NCBI RefSeq assembly: GCF_902713615.1 | Contig: NC_052147.1 | Coordinates: 21,626,276 to 21,690,275, forward strand | DNA: 64,000 nucleotides | Source: Scyliorhinus canicula | Taxonomy: Eukaryota | Direction of reading: 5' to 3' | In this document: positions 58,087-64,000 of the stretch, one piece after another | Numbering within the stretch: position 1 is the stretch's first letter | Layout of the letters: every line of letters starts with the position of its first letter | The notes under the pieces: generated by a model | Told to the model about the DNA's origin: nothing | Database searches by the model: none | What the model saw: the letters and a program-made list of their open reading frames with translations, nothing else | Position numbers and translations under genes: made by a program

Positions 58087-61000
58087 AGCATACTAAGGTT
58101 CGAAGTCTACGACCCATCAGCGTTTCAGCTGGGGCCACCCCAGTCACTGAGTGTGGGGTGGTCCTGCAGCAAAATAAGAAACGAGCCTGCCTCCTGTCCA
58201 GTGAATTAGAAGACTGCTTCTTGGGTCTTTTGAAGGTCTGTACCACCCTCTCCATTAAACCATTTGAAGCTGGGTGGTATGCGACTGTACGGTGTGCCAT
58301 ACCCCATTCGCCTCCAATAACCCAGAGAACTCCTCACTGGCTAAAGGAGTTCCATTGTCTGTAATGAGCACTTCAGGGATGCAATGCGTGAACAATAACC
58401 GCAACTTCTCAATGGCTGCCCAGGAGTTTTTCATCGCCATCTTATGGACCTCCAGCCCTTTTTAATGGGCATCAAACTATAGGAGGAACATTGAACCCTG
58501 AAACAGACCAGCAAAATTGGCATGCAATCATTCTGACGGCAGTCCTGGCCATCTCCAAGGGTGATGGGAAGCAGCCGGTGGGAGCTCCTGATGCTCCTGG
58601 CAGATGGAGCATTGCTAGGTTGTCCTCTCAATGTCCGCATTCAGGCCAAGCCATCAGATGTAACTGCATGCCAACACCTTCACTTTGGACACCCTGGATG
58701 TCCATTGTGGAGGTCCTTCAATATCAGTTCCTGGCATTTTTGTGGAATGACGATGTGCGTACCCCATAGCAGGAAACCGTCCTCCACACTAAACACAGAA
58801 AATTGTGACGAAATGCCCGTAATTCGCCTGGAAACTGTCAAAGCTGACCTCCACAACGTGCCGAACGTTTGCAAGAATCGGGTCTGTCTGAGTCCATTCA
58901 CGGATCCGAGACGCTGTGATCAGCACAAAAATCCAGGATGTTTAGTGTGGCGACCACTTAATCAGCCCTGGTGGAGGGTAATGTTGGGCTATTTGCTAAA
59001 GGCAAATGGTTCAGTACGTCAGTGTTAACTGGGTCCCCGGACGGTTCTTGAACGGATATTCATTGGCGGCCAAGAGCAGGGCCCAGTGTTGGATCCTCTC
59101 GGCAATGGGCGGGATTGCCTTGTCCTCTTTAAAGGTTTATGGTGCGTAATGATAGTAAAGTGGCAGCCATAGACGTGCTGGTGAACTTTTTCACCGCGTA
59201 GACCACCGCCAGACCCTCCCTCTCGATCGGCGCATATTCTCGTTCTGCCGCACCCAGCTTCCGAGAGGCGAAAGCAATTGGCCATTCTCCACCAACTCAA
59301 TCCAATGTGACTGGCCGGCCTCAATGCCGCAAGGCCCCGTATCACATGTGATGAGTAAGTGGTTAGCGGTGTCGTAGTTGGTCATTAAGACGGTAACTTC
59401 TGCTGCTTAAAAGTCCCATCCTGCTGCTTTCTCCATGCCCACACTTGATTTTACTTTGGGGGGCCAGGATGGTCACAAGGTTTGGAATGAACTTGTTGTA
59501 ATAGTTCACAAATCCTAAAAATGAACAAATCTGTGTGGCGTCTGTCGGGGTTGAGGCATGCTGAATGGCGTGCACATTCTCTGCGACAGGGCGTAAACTT
59601 TCACGGTCCACCCGGCAACGGAGATAAACCACCCCCCTTGCACGGAAGACACATTTCCCCTGCAGCAAGTGGACACCAGACCCATCGAACCATTTCAGCA
59701 CTGCCTCAAGGTTTTCCAGGTGCTCTTGTTCAGTCGCTCCCGTTACCAATAGATCATTGAGTAGACCGCCATGCATGGGAACCCTCTCAGGATGTTCTCC
59801 ATTAAATGTTGAAATATAGACTAGGCAGAGGCCACACAGCCAGGTGTATTCATAAAGTCCTCCGTCTGTATTGATTGTAACATATTTCAGGGAGGTCGGG
59901 TCCAAACCGAGCTGTAAATACACGTGGCTCATATTGAGTTTAGTGAACGAGTGTCCACCTCCCAACTTCGCAGAAAGATTTTCAATGCGGGGCATGGAGT
60001 AGCGATCCAACCTTGAAACTGTGTTCACTGTCAGCTTACAGTCCCCAGATAATCAAATTTTCTTGTCCCGTTTTACCACAGGCTCCACTGATGCTTCCCA
60101 ATCCATGAAGCGTACGGGCCTGATGATGCCCAGACTCTCCAGCCAACTGAGTTCAGTTTCTCCTTTTTTTCAAAAATGCATACGGGCATGTCCAGAAATA
60201 ACAGTGATCTACTTACATATCATAATATTCAGATTCCCATCTCAAATGGGCCCATCATTTTTAGCTTCCCAGCATCCAGATTCTGTTGGTAGCAGGACCA
60301 AGGATTCAGTCCAGCATCTAGCTGTGTACAACAAAATGTGCCAACGACCAAACAACTGCAACACTCTCCAGCCATCGAAGTTTGATCAGGTTGCTGCATT
60401 GATACAAATGAATGTGAGATAGGGCTTCCCATACAGTAACATATTCCAGCGACAAAAATGGTAGGGGTAGGGGCTTCAATCATCAGTTTGTTGACCGCAA
60501 ATAAAGGAAAGTCGCACGGTGTTGACGTGAATGACATATCTGACAAAATAGCCCTTTAGGAAGCGTCAAAGCTTTACAACTGTGCTCTCCCAAAGTGCCA
60601 AAGTGAGAGTGGAAATACTGGCAGAACAAGCAGACTGTAAGCACAAGGGAGAATCTCAAGTTTATTATTATTATTATTATTATAAGTCCAACTCTGCCAA
60701 AGATAATGCTTGGCATCTATCCGTAATGGCCACAGCAGCACTGACCTTTTTGACCTTAGCTCATTTGAGGAACCTGCATGGGACATAAACTGGCATCAAC
60801 TGGATCTTCTTGCTGTGATGAATCGTACGCCAGATTGTTGTTTTTATCAAGGAAGCAACATTTAATGTCTGCACCCCACAGAGAGTCTAGCAGAAGTAGT
60901 TCATCTAATAGTGGGTTTCTTTCGATGCGTAAGGTCCAACGGATAACATACATGTTGTTCCTAAGGGGATCTGCCTGGTGCTTATGAAAGACTTAATTGA

Positions 61001-62210
61001 TGGGCCAAGTACGTTGGCTTTCTGACAGACCTCCTGGTAAATTCTATTTAATCTGACCTGGATAACCCTGAAAGAGGCTCAGGCTCAGGCTAACAGTTCC
61101 TCACAATGCCTGGCAACCTCCGAGATAAGGAGCCGAGCTGCCCAGTGGAACACACGGTAAGACTGAATCAATATGAGGATCTCAGCTTGAACTAGTGCAT
61201 TCATTTGTAAAGGGGACTCTTTTTGCCTTTCCCAATACATCACCTGCAGTACAAGATGGTCTCACACCGTCCCAAAATAATGCTACAGGAGCTGTAAACC
61301 ACAGGAATGCTTTGGAGAGCCGTTTGATGGATGTTTTGGGGCAATTCTGATTGTGACAGGGTTGACGTGAGCTGGCCTAAAGTATTCCATGCTGAGCCAA
61401 GCTGTACGTAACTTGGCGATAACGAAACATTGACCAGCTGTGTTTGCTTGTTGCCTGTGATAAGTACTCTTAGGTCAGACAAGCTGTGGGTCAGGAAACT
61501 GAGAAGAGAACCATACGTTCTGCCATCTGATGCCAACTAGACACCTGCTGTCTGAAATCAGCTCTCTCTAATGGGAGTCATGTACATGTGCTGTGAGGTA
61601 CAACCAAAATCCTTTTACACTACATTATAAATTCACAAATCAATCATAAGGCAGAACATAAAACATATTTTAACATATTAACATGATAAAGTAGATAAAA
61701 CACAGATCTTTTGGAAGAATATTTTTATTGTGTTCAGAAATCCTAGTTCATTTTTCTTTAAAAATAAGCATTATGCTGCAGGATTAAAATTAATCAAATT
61801 ATTTTAGTGTCTTTCTCCTTTTTAGTATTAACCATACAACCCTGCATTCCCATGGTCCAGATTTCCATTTAACTTCAGCTTCTTGTACATACCCCATTCT
61901 CTTTGCCTTACCATTGCAACCCGGACTATCAGCTATCTAAGTTGCACATTCTGGAATTCTGTCCTGAAACATCTTGTTCAGTTCATCTCCCTCTCGTCGT
62001 TTGAGATCCTCCTCAACACTCATCTCTGCCACCAAACATCTGATCACACCCACTAATATCTCCTTCTTTAGTTTAGTGTCCATTCCCGTCTGATTAGGAT
62101 GTTTTCTAAGTTATTAAAGTACGTTATAATTGTAAATTGTTGATTTGTGTTGCTCTGGCCTGAGTCAATTCAGGAATCTGTTCATGGGCCTTACACCCTT
62201 AAGTAATAAT

Positions 62211-62507
62211 CATAGAATTTACAGTGTAGAAGGAGGCCATTCAGCCCATCGAGTCTGCGCTGGCCCTTGGAAAGAGCACCCTACGCCTCCACCCTATCCC
62301 CGTAACCAAATAACCCCACCTAACCTTTTGGACACTAAGGGGTAATTTAGCATGACCCATCCAACTAACCTACACATCTTTGGACTGTGGGAGGAAACTG
62401 AAGCACATGAGGAGAAAGTGCCAACTTCACACAGACAGTCAACCGAGGCCGGAATTGAACCCGGGTCCCTGGCGCTGTGTGGCAACAGTGCTAACCACTG
62501 TGCCGCC
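62211..62507 (-). mobile_element. HE1-type V-SINE
   Basis: Tail, V-domain and head on the minus strand. Confidence 0.88.
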
Positions 62508-62699
62508 TATAAAGAACTGATAACCCTTCTCTCGTTTAACACCAATAGGTTTTCTCTCTCTCTCTCTGCCTCTGCTGGAACAGTTCTCATCTCTATTTCA
62601 TCAACTTTATTTTGTTAATACCCTTCTGATCTTTGTGTCATGAAATGTTGGAGCTGTTGGAACTTCTTCCAAATGAACACTGACAAAATCAAAAGCATC

Positions 62700-62980
62700 C
62701 TGGAAGGCTTTCTCTCAGCCCGGGGCCAGGCCGGAGAATCCCCACGACCGGCGCGAATGGCGCCATGCCGCCCCGACGCCAGCACGCGATCCTTCGCAGA
62801 GCAGAGAATCGGCGCCATTGGCGCCGGCATGGTTAGCATGGCACCAGTCGCAGGCCACTCTATGCGATTCTCGGCCCTGGATGGGCCAAGCGGCCGTCGT
62901 AAAAACGGCGAGTCCCGGCGGCACCATCCACACCTGCTCTCAGCCGGCGGGAATTCGGCATTGAAGGGTCAGGGGGGGTA
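62700..62980. mobile_element. CpG-rich non-autonomous DNA transposon fragment
   Basis: GCGATTCTC.GC...GATGGGCC.AGCGGCCG and ACACCTGCT segments shared with 33607-34286. Confidence 0.7.
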
Positions 62981-64000
62981 GCCTGTGAAGTGTGCCACGT
63001 GATCCAGGTTTAGTTTCACTTTTGCCTTAAGCAGTGCACACGCACAGCTCTGCTGCTAGTGCCCCCAAGCTTTATACCTCTGCATAAATGTTCCCATGTG
63101 CCTAGTCTTAATAAATGAACAGACAACATATTTCCCCAATCCCTTGTGAATGACTGGTGCCTTTATCTCATTATCACAGCACGACATACTGAAAAAAAAA
63201 ATGAGAAAGAAATTTAAAAATACTTTTGAGAATAATGCAACAGCAGAAGAGGCAGGAAGGACCCTATCATTCATTTATATTGAAGCACGCATTAGCGAAA
63301 AAAAAACGTAAATTATTTTTAAAAGAAACAATCTCTTCTAAATAATTAGAGATTCTGCAAATAGTCATATTGTGAAGGAATGAAGCAGTTTCAATAAAAA
63401 TCTGTCACTGTAATCAATCAAAGTGCCTTGGCCAGAATCATACTGCATGTGGTATTGTTGCCGCTCATTTAGTGGTCCTAAAGTGTTTGATCCTTTTGGC
63501 GGTAATGCTACTTTCGTTATAATTACTGCCAGTTCATATTTTCCACCTTGAATTAAACACAGCCGTAATGGATTAGCACATGATGACTAAAACACCAATT
63601 GCACCACTAATTAAGGGGCAGGGCTAAATAAAGTAAGCCAAACTGCCATTTTCCACATTTTAAACGTCTGCTAAACATGTGTGCCATAAGACGCATATGA
63701 CATAAAATTTAATGCCTCCTGTACTGTTAGACTAAATGTTTAGTTATAAACACCCCATTTGTCTTAATGTAGATAGGAATGTGTTATGTAGTTGCTGAGA
63801 TTCATTTACATTCACTATTCTGTAATGTTAAAAGTGTTTTAGGACTTGATAGAAATATATGATCATTCGAAACTGTTAATATTTTTAATATCATCTAGAT
63901 TGAAAGAAAGACTAGTATTTATATAACGTCTTTCATGACCTTAGGAAGTTCCTGAGTGCTTTTCCAACAATTAAGTCGTTTCGAAATGTGGTCTCTGTCG

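Larger units (their letters stand above)
56740..60420 (-). mobile_element. Decayed Ty3/Gypsy element (RT-RH-IN-PPT-3'LTR), 5'-truncated
   Basis: RT NTVSRLDRYSMPRIENL...FLGFVNYYNKFIPNL; RH LITCDTGPCGI; integrase ILKDLHNGHPG, LITDNGTP, YHPASNGLMERVVQTFK, TTPHSVTGVAPAE; G-rich PPT at 56998-57008 next to the LTR (~56740-56997). Confidence 0.9.

Noticed and set aside
60756-61536. Minus-strand ORFs of 65 and 98 aa as host exons
   Set aside because: No recognisable domain and splice signals are not compelling.

Overview
Eukaryotic, repeat-dense DNA, inferred to be from a cartilaginous fish (shark; catshark-like) because it is packed with HE1-type V-SINEs and their CR1/HER1-type partner LINEs. Most of the window is nested transposable-element debris. 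It holds two decayed Ty3/Gypsy proviruses (about 1760-5612 + and 56740-60420 -), five TSD-bounded solo LTRs, L1, CR1, L2 and Rex1 LINE fragments, Penelope-like (GIY-YIG) elements, an internally deleted Harbinger element with a Myb/SANT gene remnant plus related MITEs, and at least four SINE types. I could not identify any intact host protein-coding gene, and nearly all ORFs in the supplied track are repeat artefacts. The window is probably a large intron or gene desert with a few unique AT-rich islands. Four observations stand out. (1) An apparently intact minimal hammerhead ribozyme (24389-24423, -) sits inside a 61-bp perfect inverted repeat of a short Penelope-derived element, with a mutated sister copy at 44121-44317. 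(2) An intronless, decayed SYCP1-like retrocopy (about 8411-9040) directly abuts an indel-free 24-bp minisatellite reading (MKDPRRRA)n. (3) SINEs show a mix-and-match head/tail architecture whose tails match different LINE 3' ends in the same window. (4) An unclassified TSD-flanked SINE lies at 20970-21297. Family assignments come from recalled motifs, not database searches, and boundaries without a TSD are approximate.
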